Source: Candidatus Bathyarchaeia archaeon
GTDB lineage: Archaea > Thermoproteota > Bathyarchaeia > Bathyarchaeales > Bathycorpusculaceae
Direction: 5' to 3'
Assembly: GCA_050012255.1 (NCBI GenBank)
Contig: JBEKHN010000015.1
Span: 1-61,567 of the forward strand
Length of the DNA: 61,567 nt
The notes under the pieces were generated by a model, which saw only the letters and a program-made list of their open reading frames with translations, was not told where the DNA came from and did not search any database. How positions within the stretch are numbered: position 1 is the stretch's first letter; each line of letters begins with the position of its first letter. Position numbers and translations under genes: made by a program. This document shows, piece by piece, positions 52,854 to 61,567 of the stretch.

Positions 52854-54824
52854 ATGTTGGATCCAAGAAACGTCGATTTCAAAGGACTTGGCTTCCATGC
52901 TGGGATAGAGGTTCATCATCAGATCCGCTCGCAGAGGAAGCTTTTCTGCAGTTGTCCTCCCGTGTTGGAGGATGACCCTAAGAACATGGACTACAGTTTT
53001 TACAGGTATTTTCGACCTGTTCTGGGTGAGATGGGGGATTTTGATCCAGGGATGCTCGTTGAGTTTGAAAAGGGTTACAGGGTGATCTACTTCGCCTGTG
53101 AGAGGAACACTTGCACGTACGAGATGGATGAGACGCCGCCCTTCTTTCCAGACATGAAGGCGATAGAAGAAGGTTTTGTCCTAGCCCTTTACTTCAACTG
53201 CTCAGCCTTGGCTGAAGAAGTCGTTGTTAACAGGAAGCAATATCTTGACGGGTCGATAACCACTGGCTTTCAAAGAACCTTCATAGTCGGCAGGGACGGT
53301 TGGGTGCCAGTAAATGGAAAGAAGGTGAGGATAAGTAACGTGCACATCGAGGAGGATGCGGCCCGACGAGTCAACTGGTATGACACGGCCAGCCGGACGG
53401 TTTACTTCAACCTTGACCGCCTCGGGATTCCGCTGACCGAAGTCATAAGCGACCACAGAGATGTCGAATCGCCTGAGGAGCTCGTCGAATTGGCCAAGCA
53501 GATCGGCCGCGTTCTGAGGGTGAGCCGCATAGGAAGAAGAGGAATCGGCGTCGTACGGCAAGACGTGAACCTGTCGATAGAGGGCGGAAACAGGGCAGAA
53601 ATAAAAGGGGTCCAGGACCTCAGTATGTTCGACCTGATGTGCCGCCGCGAGGTCGTGAGACAGCATGCCCTGATAGAGATAAGCAGAAGGATGAAGGATC
53701 GTGGAATAAGAAAGGACGATTTTGAGCACACCTACGTTGACGTTTCTCACCTGTTCGAACTCGGGGATAACAAAGCCTTCGCCACAGTATTCCCGAACAT
53801 GAAGGGAATATTCGGCATGGAAGTCCAACCTGACAAGGACTTCGGCCTTGAAGTCTTCGAGAAGAGCATGCTCATAACAGGCATCGCACGCGAGGATCAC
53901 TTTCACAGTGATGAAACCGAAGAAAACGCTGTGCGAAAACGCTCCGATCACCCGTGCAGACTGCTTATCGATGAAAAGAGGATTGCCGAGATACGTGCCA
54001 TCATAAGTCCGAAACGAGAGGACGCTTTCGTCATAGTGGTCGGCCCTGAGAAAAGAGCCATGCATGCCATGAAGAAAATCGTGGAAAGATTGAAGATGGC
54101 CCTGGACGGCGTGCCGATGGAAACACGGAAGCTTTTGCCGTCGGGTAACACGGAATTCCTCAGAGTGATTCATGGCAAAGAACGCATATACCCTGACACC
54201 GATACGCCTCCCGTGGTCATCCCTTCAGAACTTGTCGACGATTGCAGGAAAAAAGTTGGAAAGCGCCCGTGGGAAATCCTTGAAGAACTGCACAGCAAAC
54301 ATCATCTTGACCAAAATCAAGTGGACCTACTCATAAGAGAGGAGAAGGTCGAAAAGTTCTGCGATTACACGCAGAGGCTAGGTCTGAAAGGCTCCTCGGC
54401 TTATTACCTGCTCATCGAGCTTCCACGAAGTAGTAGAAGAAAAGGCATCAAAATCAGCGACCGAATCATCGACGAACTCGCATCACATCTCTCAGAAAAG
54501 CTCATGAACTACAGTCAGATCGACTCGCTTATCAAAATCTTGGGCAGAGAGCCAAAGCTCAGCATTGAAGAAGCTCTGCGGAAACTTCCGGCGGTAGCAG
54601 TTGACGAAGCGACGTTGGACAGAATCGTTTTTGAGAAGCTTACCCAACACGACCTGTCGAGGATCGCTTCTGATGAGGCTTACAGGAATCATATGGTTCC
54701 CAGAATAGTCGGCGAGGTGTTGAAGTCATTCAACCACAGCGTAGAAGGAAGAAGAGTTTTCGAAAGAGTTCAGTCATTACTGCATCAGAGGATGAATGAA
54801 GATGGTGGACGAAAACAGCGGTGA
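52854..54824 (+). CDS. gatE: Glu-tRNA(Gln) amidotransferase subunit E
   Basis: GIEVHHQ, KLFC, DGS.TTGFQRT, EEDAAR, LDRLGIPL, RQDVNLSI, EIKGVQ. Confidence 0.9.
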   Translation: MLDPRNVDFKGLGFHAGIEVHHQIRSQRKLFCSCPPVLEDDPKNMDYSFYRYFRPVLGEMGDFDPGMLVEFEKGYRVIYFACERNTCTYEMDETPPFFPDMKAIEEGFVLALYFNCSALAEEVVVNRKQYLDGSITTGFQRTFIVGRDGWVPVNGKKVRISNVHIEEDAARRVNWYDTASRTVYFNLDRLGIPLTEVISDHRDVESPEELVELAKQIGRVLRVSRIGRRGIGVVRQDVNLSIEGGNRAEIKGVQDLSMFDLMCRREVVRQHALIEISRRMKDRGIRKDDFEHTYVDVSHLFELGDNKAFATVFPNMKGIFGMEVQPDKDFGLEVFEKSMLITGIAREDHFHSDETEENAVRKRSDHPCRLLIDEKRIAEIRAIISPKREDAFVIVVGPEKRAMHAMKKIVERLKMALDGVPMETRKLLPSGNTEFLRVIHGKERIYPDTDTPPVVIPSELVDDCRKKVGKRPWEILEELHSKHHLDQNQVDLLIREEKVEKFCDYTQRLGLKGSSAYYLLIELPRSSRRKGIKISDRIIDELASHLSEKLMNYSQIDSLIKILGREPKLSIEEALRKLPAVAVDEATLDRIVFEKLTQHDLSRIASDEAYRNHMVPRIVGEVLKSFNHSVEGRRVFERVQSLLHQRMNEDGGRKQR

Positions 54825-56202
54825 ACTTGATAACAGTCCAGAAGGATACCGGGGTCGCCTCCGTGAGAGACTGATCAGGGAGGGAATACGAGCTTGGAGC
54901 AGGGTGAGGATAACGAAAGGCAACGCCAAGTATGAAGGCGTGGTACTCCCGAGGAGTCAGCACACCGCCGACGATTATGTCACCTTGAAAGTGGACACAG
55001 GCTACAACCTTGGAGTCCTGGTCGATGCTCGCACCAGGATCGAGGAATTCGGCCGAAACAAGGGTCATTATCAGCTTCCCCATGTCGACGTCGAATTCAA
55101 CAAACAGCTGCCCAATGTAACCCTTCTAGGAACAGGCGGCACCGTGGCTTCTCGGCTGGATTACAGAACCGGCGCAGTGCTCCCGGCTTTTACCCCTGAA
55201 GAACTGTTCTCTGCCGTTCCAGAGCTAGTTTCAGCCGTCAACCTGACCCCGAAGACGCTGTACCAGATCCTGAGCGAGAACTTTAGGCCGGAATACTGGG
55301 TGAAGACCGCCGAGGCTGTGGCAAAGGAGATTGAAAGCGGCGTCGACGGAGTGATAATAGGCCACGGCACAGACACGATGTGCACCACTGGAGCGGCGCT
55401 TTCATACTTCTTACGCAACCAGCCCATCCCCGTGGTCCTCGTGGGGAGCCAGCGAAGCTCCGACAGACCCTCATCCGACGGCCCCAGAAACATCCTGTAT
55501 GCAGCAAAGCTCGCCGGCAACGAAAACTTCGCCGAGACTGTCGTGTGCATGCACGGAGGCGTGAGTGACAGCTACAACCTGATCCACCGTGCGACAAGGT
55601 GCCGCAAGATGCACTCATCCCGAAGGGACACTTTCCGCACGCTAGATGACCTTCCACTGGGGAAGATCGACGAGTTCGGTGTCACATGGTTCAAGGACGA
55701 TGTTCGCCATCGCGCTGCCGTTGAGAATTTCTACGTGGACACGAAGATCGACCCAAGAGTCGGCATGCTCTATTCCTACCCAGGGATGAACCCGGACATT
55801 CTCGACTCGATGGTTGACAAGGGCTATCACGGCATCGTGATCATAGGCACCGGACTTGGACACGTTGGCACGGACATGTTCCCGCCCCTGGAACGTTGCC
55901 AAGAAGAAGAGATCCCTGTCGTGCTCGTCGTTGAACCGCTCTTCGGATACGTTCACCTCCGAGTCTACGAGACCGGTCGGGACATGCTGGCAAGAGGCGT
56001 TATAGAAGGCGGCAACATGCTGCCCTCGGCTGCCTACACCAAGCTCATCTGGGTCCTCGGCCACACCCGCAACGTGGAAGAGGTGAAAAAGCGCATGCAA
56101 ACATCCATCGCAGGCGAAATAACCACTAGAGAAGGCCCCAGAGGTTTCATGCTCCTCCAAGGCATCGAGCCTGGCGCGGATGAGGCAATGAAGAACCTAT
56201 AG
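54796..56202 (+). CDS. gatD: Glu-tRNA(Gln) amidotransferase subunit D
   Basis: GTGGTVASRLDYRTG, HGTDTM, GSQRSSDRPSSD, KMHSSRRD. Confidence 0.95.
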   Translation: MKMVDENSGELDNSPEGYRGRLRERLIREGIRAWSRVRITKGNAKYEGVVLPRSQHTADDYVTLKVDTGYNLGVLVDARTRIEEFGRNKGHYQLPHVDVEFNKQLPNVTLLGTGGTVASRLDYRTGAVLPAFTPEELFSAVPELVSAVNLTPKTLYQILSENFRPEYWVKTAEAVAKEIESGVDGVIIGHGTDTMCTTGAALSYFLRNQPIPVVLVGSQRSSDRPSSDGPRNILYAAKLAGNENFAETVVCMHGGVSDSYNLIHRATRCRKMHSSRRDTFRTLDDLPLGKIDEFGVTWFKDDVRHRAAVENFYVDTKIDPRVGMLYSYPGMNPDILDSMVDKGYHGIVIIGTGLGHVGTDMFPPLERCQEEEIPVVLVVEPLFGYVHLRVYETGRDMLARGVIEGGNMLPSAAYTKLIWVLGHTRNVEEVKKRMQTSIAGEITTREGPRGFMLLQGIEPGADEAMKNL

Positions 56203-56233
56203 GGACTCCTGAAACCTTGGCAGCGCGCGAGTT

Positions 56234-58455
56234 TGGCGCCGGGGGTGGGATTTTAGCACCAATTTACTAATAGAAGCGTGCGCTGGGTAAAGCGCGAAAT
56301 AACCTTTGTAAAACAAAGAAGGATGCACTCCTTCGTTCACTTTAGCCATCTCTCCCCAGCTATCAGTGATGTTGTTTCAGGAGAGGTCTTTTATCGAAAA
56401 TGGGGGTAGAGCCCCTAGTACTGTGGAAGCATTTTGTCACAAAAATCCTGCTGCACTTTGGACTTGTAGCGAATAGCGCGCCACAGGCATGCGCTTCTCG
56501 GGAAGTACTGGATAGAAAACGTGGCAAACCATCCAAAAGAGGGAAAAAAGGCGCGAAAACTTCTAGCAGGGAAGCCTGTTTTCACATTTGAGCTCGAGTT
56601 CAAGATTGTGCGAGGACAATTGTATGTCCCAGGAACGAGAGCGCACGCTCTCTTTATTCTCAGTTCCTCAGAAGAAAAAAAGGATGCTACCTGCGTCGTC
56701 TCTTGAAGATTATGAGAGCTGCTACTACCCCAACTGCTATCAATGCTACCCAGTATTTTGAGAGTGTGTCTTCAACGGCTACGAACAAAACCATTAGTGT
56801 GTTGACAGGCTCAACCTCTCCGCCAACGGGTTTCAGCGGAGTAAGCGTAGTTGGCGATAGCTTTATGGTTACAGCTGTGTTGCTGGTCACTGAAACTGTG
56901 ATTCCTGATGATAAATATCCTGACGCGCTGGCGTTAACCTGGTAACTGCCCGCTTGAACGCTGTTGAACGTTATCTGTCCGTTGCTTCCAGTGTTGCCCG
57001 AGTAGGTTTCTGGGCCAACAGCTTGGACGGCTGCACCTGCAATTGGGTTGTTGTTGGTTGCGTCTTCTACTGTCACTGTAAGCGAGTAGGTGACCCTGAC
57101 TGGAATGAACTCGAGAATGAGAACGGCAAGAGCAGTGCTTAGGTCGTTGGAGAAATAACTTGATTCTGCCCAGGACATCCAATTGATCCAGTGACCATCG
57201 GAGTTCTGGTTCGCGATGAGTGAGTCTGCGTATTGGCCTGTGCCGTTATACCACTCGACTCCGTTAGTACCGTTGTAGTTTGCCACGAACTGTATTGGTG
57301 GCGTCGCCTCCCTGAATGCTTTCATCGCAGCGTACATAGCATATAAGTTGCCAATGTTAACATTCCAGACACCGTCGTTAACAAGCCACATCTTGTTAAT
57401 GTAACCTTCAGCGGCTATGATGCTAGCGTTAGTCGAGGGTGCGCCGATATAGGTCAATTGCAAGATTCCTGATGATGTGTCGGCAACACCGCCATAGACA
57501 ACGTGGTCATAGTAGCCAAATGAACCGTACTGACTGTTTGAAGTTGAGTTACCGGTAAGATCCTGACATGTTGCGACCCAGTAGTTCAGTTCGTTTTTGA
57601 CAAATGGCGGCGCGTTTATTCCCCACAGTTCAGCCGCCATTAAACCTAGAACAGGCCATGCAGTATTTGAATTGTCGGAGCTTCCTGAGTTTTCAGAGTA
57701 TCCCCATCCACCTCTATATGTGCCGCTGCTTGGGTCATTTTGAGCATATGCAAGGTAATCCACCACGTCCTGTGCGATGTCGTGGTACATGCGGACACCC
57801 AATGGTCCCGCGCTCGTGACGTTTGTTGGTGCATTAGAGCCCACAATAGCCGAAAGCACCATCGGAGTCTCGTAGACTGGGTAACCATCAGAGCTCCAGT
57901 ACACTCCTATGCCGTTTCCATTAGTGTCAGGGTTACCCGCCGTCTGGTTACTTATTGTTATGTTTAGTCCATTTGAAAAGAGCCAGTTTAATCCTTTTTG
58001 GACAGTCGAACTGTAGGGGTCTGATGCGTTCCAACCATAGTGCCCTTGGTTTTCGAAGGCTAGAACCGCCGTCGCTGTGGACGCTATTGGAGACGAACCG
58101 GGTCCCCAGCTTCCGTCTGATTGTTGTGTAGAATTTAAGTATGCAAGGCCTTTTGTGATTGCTGTGTTTATGCTTGTTTGAGAAGCTGCATTTGCTAGAG
58201 GCATTCTCACGTTCATCAGTAGTATTCCAGCGAGCATGAAAACAGCAATTAGTTCCCTGATACGTACTTTCATTTTCCTTCCCCTATTTTGCACGGCTTG
58301 TTTATCCGCTTTAGCTATTAAGTTTTGCGCGCGCGATTGCAAACAGGCCCGAAGAGCTACGATCCAGAAAACTGCCTCAAATCCCAAAAGTCAAGGAATA
58401 AAAACCATTTTTGACGCGTGCGCTAGCAATGTTCTTGGCGCCGGGAGTGGGATTT
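56234..58455. mobile_element. 2.2-kb islet bounded by tRNA-Ser(GGA) 3'-end repeat
   Basis: TGGCGCCGGGGGTGGGATTT (56234-56253) vs TGGCGCCGGGAGTGGGATTT (58436-58455). Confidence 0.7.
56687..58273 (-). CDS. Secreted prenyltransferase/squalene-cyclase-repeat (QW motif) surface protein with carboxypeptidase-regulatory-like domain
   Basis: Signal peptide; QQSDGSW, GGWGY, QNSDGHW repeats; Ig-like domain; C-terminal TM + KRRRR. Confidence 0.8.
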   Translation of the reverse strand: MKVRIRELIAVFMLAGILLMNVRMPLANAASQTSINTAITKGLAYLNSTQQSDGSWGPGSSPIASTATAVLAFENQGHYGWNASDPYSSTVQKGLNWLFSNGLNITISNQTAGNPDTNGNGIGVYWSSDGYPVYETPMVLSAIVGSNAPTNVTSAGPLGVRMYHDIAQDVVDYLAYAQNDPSSGTYRGGWGYSENSGSSDNSNTAWPVLGLMAAELWGINAPPFVKNELNYWVATCQDLTGNSTSNSQYGSFGYYDHVVYGGVADTSSGILQLTYIGAPSTNASIIAAEGYINKMWLVNDGVWNVNIGNLYAMYAAMKAFREATPPIQFVANYNGTNGVEWYNGTGQYADSLIANQNSDGHWINWMSWAESSYFSNDLSTALAVLILEFIPVRVTYSLTVTVEDATNNNPIAGAAVQAVGPETYSGNTGSNGQITFNSVQAGSYQVNASASGYLSSGITVSVTSNTAVTIKLSPTTLTPLKPVGGEVEPVNTLMVLFVAVEDTLSKYWVALIAVGVVAALIIFKRRRR

Positions 58456-58543
58456 GAACCCACGTGGCCCCGAGAGGCCACAAGCTGTTAGGCGAGATTG
58501 CTCGTCTCCAGGCTTGCTCCATACCTAGCTAGGAGACCCCGGC
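58436..58543 (-). tRNA. tRNA-Ser(GGA) with about 19-nt anticodon-loop intron
   Basis: CAAGC-CT-GGA-G[intron]A-GCTTG; long variable arm; CCA encoded. Confidence 0.88.
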
Positions 58544-58922
58544 ACGGGGAACTATACCCCAGATTATACATCCCCTACACTTTTGGATAGATCTGAAGAT
58601 AGCTCGCATCCCTTTCTCTGACCAAGCGTAGCTTAAAGCTTTGTGGAAAGTGGATAAGCGCGCGTGCTATAAACCGTTGAGGCTGCATATAGCCCGTTTG
58701 GAACTTCAAGGCACGTAAGAGGGCTAAAAACAGATGGACACCTGAAAACTGCCCCCAAACCCGAAAATAAGAATTATGGCCATTTTAGACCAATTTCGGG
58801 ACAAGCCAGCGCGCTTTCTAAACAGCCTAGCGCGCCGATGGACGAAGCACTTGTCTTGTGTTCCATCAACCGAAAGGGTTAACAGCGCCCCCCAAAATTC
58901 AACAGTCGTGTTGGATGAGGGG

Positions 58923-59882
58923 ATGGAAGAGAGTTCTCAGTTAATTATATGTGATCATTTAACCAAGGTCTACGGCAAAAGCAAGACCAAGGCGCTTGAC
59001 TCCGCAAGCTTCTCTATTCCTACCCGTGGTGTGTTCGTGCTGATAGGCCGAAACGGTTCTGGAAAGACCACACTCGTGCGTATCCTTGCAACCGAGCTTG
59101 AACCAACATCCGGAAGAGCCACTATAAACGGTATAGATGTCGTAAAGGAAGCCGGTATGCTCAGAGAAAAAATCGCCATAGTACCCCAAGAAGCGAGAAC
59201 GATACCGTGGATGACGCCTATGCAAACGGTGCTGTCATATCTTCTTTGGCGAGGGCTCGGCTACGTTGAAGCAAAAAAGAGGGCCTACCAGTCGCTTGAA
59301 AAGCTCGGACTCAGCGGATACCGCAACACTTTGAATCGCATGCTCTCAGGAGGAATGAAGAGAAAGGTTTTGGTTGCGACTGTCCTGTCTTCAGAAGCCG
59401 AAATACTCTTCTTAGACGAGCCGACAACGGGACTTGACCCGATCTCAAGAAGAGAATTCTGGGAGATTCTCAAAGATATTGGAAACAACCGCTTCACATT
59501 TCTTACTACACATTATCTCGAAGAAGCGGAACAGCTAGCTGATAAGATCGGCATCCTGGATCAAGGCAAACTAATCCGCATCGGAACCCTCGAGGATCTG
59601 AGACAAAGCATAAATTACAACTACAGCATGAAGCTGCTCTCAAAACCGGCGCCTGACTTTCTTACGCGTTTGAAGGGCGAGACAGTAACTGGAAGAGATG
59701 GCTATGTCAGAATACTCACGACAGAAGAAGAGGCCTTCAGAATTTCAAGAGAACTCTCCAAGGGCGGGTTCAAGTTTACCATCAATCCGGTATCGCTGGA
59801 CGACATATTCTTCTATCTTGTGAATCGAGAAGGAGGCAAAGGAGTTGGCATTCAAGAAGAGCGCGATGCAGAAGAGGAGTAG
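58923..59882 (+). CDS. ABC transporter ATP-binding protein
   Basis: GRNGSGKTT, LSGGMKR, LDEPTTGLD, TTHY. Confidence 0.95.
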   Translation: MEESSQLIICDHLTKVYGKSKTKALDSASFSIPTRGVFVLIGRNGSGKTTLVRILATELEPTSGRATINGIDVVKEAGMLREKIAIVPQEARTIPWMTPMQTVLSYLLWRGLGYVEAKKRAYQSLEKLGLSGYRNTLNRMLSGGMKRKVLVATVLSSEAEILFLDEPTTGLDPISRREFWEILKDIGNNRFTFLTTHYLEEAEQLADKIGILDQGKLIRIGTLEDLRQSINYNYSMKLLSKPAPDFLTRLKGETVTGRDGYVRILTTEEEAFRISRELSKGGFKFTINPVSLDDIFFYLVNREGGKGVGIQEERDAEEE

Positions 59883-60612
59883 GTTCAGCCAGATTCTGGC
59901 CGCGATACTCGTCAACGCCCTGTATGAAATGAAGAACTACCCGATTGTCCTAATCAACACGGTTCTGTCACCCCTCTCCTTCCTAGTCCTCATAGTGTTC
60001 GTAAGCCGCGGTAGCCTCATAGGAGAGGCCGTGGAAGGCGGGTTCATAATGAGCATGTTCTCGAGCGGCATGTCCCTGCAAGCCGACCTTTCGCACCTGA
60101 AGAACGATTTCAAGCTCCAAGACATGGTGGTCAGTTCTCCAACCACTTGGCTGACCTACATGATTGGAATCGCCATCTCAGAGATCGTCTACTCCATTCC
60201 CGCGCTAACCGTACTCGCCGTGATAGCACACTATTATGTGGCAATGAGCCTCGTTGGAGTCCTAGAGTTCATTGGAGTGCTTCTCCTCATGTTTTTTGCT
60301 TCAATGGCGGTTGGCTACACGCTCTCAACGTTTTCCAGCGACATAGTCCAGAGCTTTGCGTTCACACGGCTTCTTTCGACGCTTTTCTCAACGATACCGC
60401 CTGTTTACTATCCCATCACATACATTCCGCTTCCGTTCCGATACTTGGCCTACCTCTCGCCTACCACGTACGCAGCAGAGTTAGCTCAGAGTGCCGCTGG
60501 GTATCTGTCACTACCACTTGCGACGATAGTTCTCGATTGGAGTGTCCTAATAGCTGTAACAGTCATACTCTTTATGGTTGCAAAAACCAAGGCACGGTGG
60601 AGAGAAGTTTAG
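59845..60612 (+). CDS. ABC-2 type permease
   Basis: About six TM; PPVYYPI..IP, SPTTY. Confidence 0.9.
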   Translation: MAFKKSAMQKRSRFSQILAAILVNALYEMKNYPIVLINTVLSPLSFLVLIVFVSRGSLIGEAVEGGFIMSMFSSGMSLQADLSHLKNDFKLQDMVVSSPTTWLTYMIGIAISEIVYSIPALTVLAVIAHYYVAMSLVGVLEFIGVLLLMFFASMAVGYTLSTFSSDIVQSFAFTRLLSTLFSTIPPVYYPITYIPLPFRYLAYLSPTTYAAELAQSAAGYLSLPLATIVLDWSVLIAVTVILFMVAKTKARWREV

Positions 60613-60736
60613 CGCGCTCCGAGCCTTAACGTTCTGGGGAAGTCCGTTCATAGGCGGCATGGTGGCCGCGCGCTCGCCAGAACTCATGAGGTTCGAGTTC
60701 AAAGGCTGTGCATGACATGGAGAATCAGCGTGAGTG

Positions 60737-61567
60737 TCAGGCAAGTTCTTGCAAGGCTCTAAGTCGCTTAACTATGTTGGGATGCGTCGAGAAAACCTCT
60801 TGAATCCGATCGGCCATCGTCAGCTTCTTTGACAATATCTCCTGGACCAGTTTTTGACTATCTGCGACTGACATTATGGACAATTCAGCAGAGTCGACGT
60901 TTGCGTGGTCAGGGTCGGTGATGAACAACGCCTTGAATGCATTCTGGTTCCTCGTTTGCTGTCTCGTCCTACCCATCCTACCCATGTTTTTGCTTGCATT
61001 AACTATTTTTGCCAGTCCAGTCGAGAGTTTCTGTGATCCTCCGTCGACGATTGATGCGCTGTTTCTGTCAGCGTAGTACTCGCGGAGTCTACTGAGATTG
61101 AGTATAAACAGGTTCATTATCCACGAAAAAGCCATAAAGACTATGCCCAGCACTGCACCGCTGCCTTGATTCTTTTGATTTCCTCCAAACATGCCTGAGA
61201 GCATGAGGGAAAAACCTATGTAGTAGGCTACGGCGGGCAACAATGAAACGAACATCATTATCTGCACGTCTCTGTGTCTCAAATGTCCAAGTTCGTGTCC
61301 AACAACAGCTGCAACTTCACCGTCATTCAAAGTTGTCAAAAGTCCGCTTGTGACGGCAATCCGGGTTCCCGCTATTGGTGAACCGTAAGCAAAAGCGTTC
61401 GGCAGTGGGATCTGCGCCAGCATTAGCCTCGGCGTCTTAATGTTGCATTTTTTGCTGAGATCGACGACAACCTCGTGAAGTTGCGGCTGCTCACTTGCAG
61501 ACATGGCACGAACACGGTACATTGCACCAATCATATAGGGTGAAACGAGCCACATGACAATGTTAAA
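60737..61567 (-). CDS. htpX: HtpX zinc metalloprotease (5' end outside window)
   Basis: PNAFAYG, HELGH, SRLREYYAD, STHP. Confidence 0.95.
   Translation of the reverse strand, partial: FNIVMWLVSPYMIGAMYRVRAMSASEQPQLHEVVVDLSKKCNIKTPRLMLAQIPLPNAFAYGSPIAGTRIAVTSGLLTTLNDGEVAAVVGHELGHLRHRDVQIMMFVSLLPAVAYYIGFSLMLSGMFGGNQKNQGSGAVLGIVFMAFSWIMNLFILNLSRLREYYADRNSASIVDGGSQKLSTGLAKIVNASKNMGRMGRTRQQTRNQNAFKALFITDPDHANVDSAELSIMSVADSQKLVQEILSKKLTMADRIQEVFSTHPNIVKRLRALQELA

Noticed and set aside
53202-54173. Long antisense ORFs (e.g. opposite gatE, nre, dtxR)
   Set aside because: Shadow frames of well-supported genes

Overview
Archaeal chromosomal window, most likely Bathyarchaeia/TACK. This is inferred from NucS, Nre, GatDE, PyrI, a four-subunit POR, intron-containing tRNAs and the integrase style. 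Core genes (DEAD helicase, feo, por, pyrB/pyrI, nucS, ppa, nre, mdh, gatE/gatD, htpX) are interleaved with accessory DNA next to five tRNAs: Ser-GCT, Asn-GTT, Pro-CGG, Asp-GTC (D-loop intron) and Ser-GGA (anticodon intron). Main observations: (1) an unannotated 43-aa ORF shaped like a signal peptide plus a 9-residue mature peptide, lying between a 15-bp inverted repeat and a tandem-Lrp regulator, a candidate archaeal peptide-signalling module; (2) an ArsR-HTH/ATP-cone/NrdD fusion that has lost its catalytic cysteines and glycyl-radical loop, next to pyrB/pyrI; (3) a 3.48-kb tRNA-Asn element whose integrase is split by the att site; (4) a four-copy MITE-like family with TAGCGCGC ends and two different interiors, plus GCGCGC motifs at many accessory-gene junctions; (5) a stand-alone enlarged NurA-HerA pair; (6) a 2.2-kb tRNA-Ser islet. 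All protein calls come from motif recognition by eye; no database searches were run.
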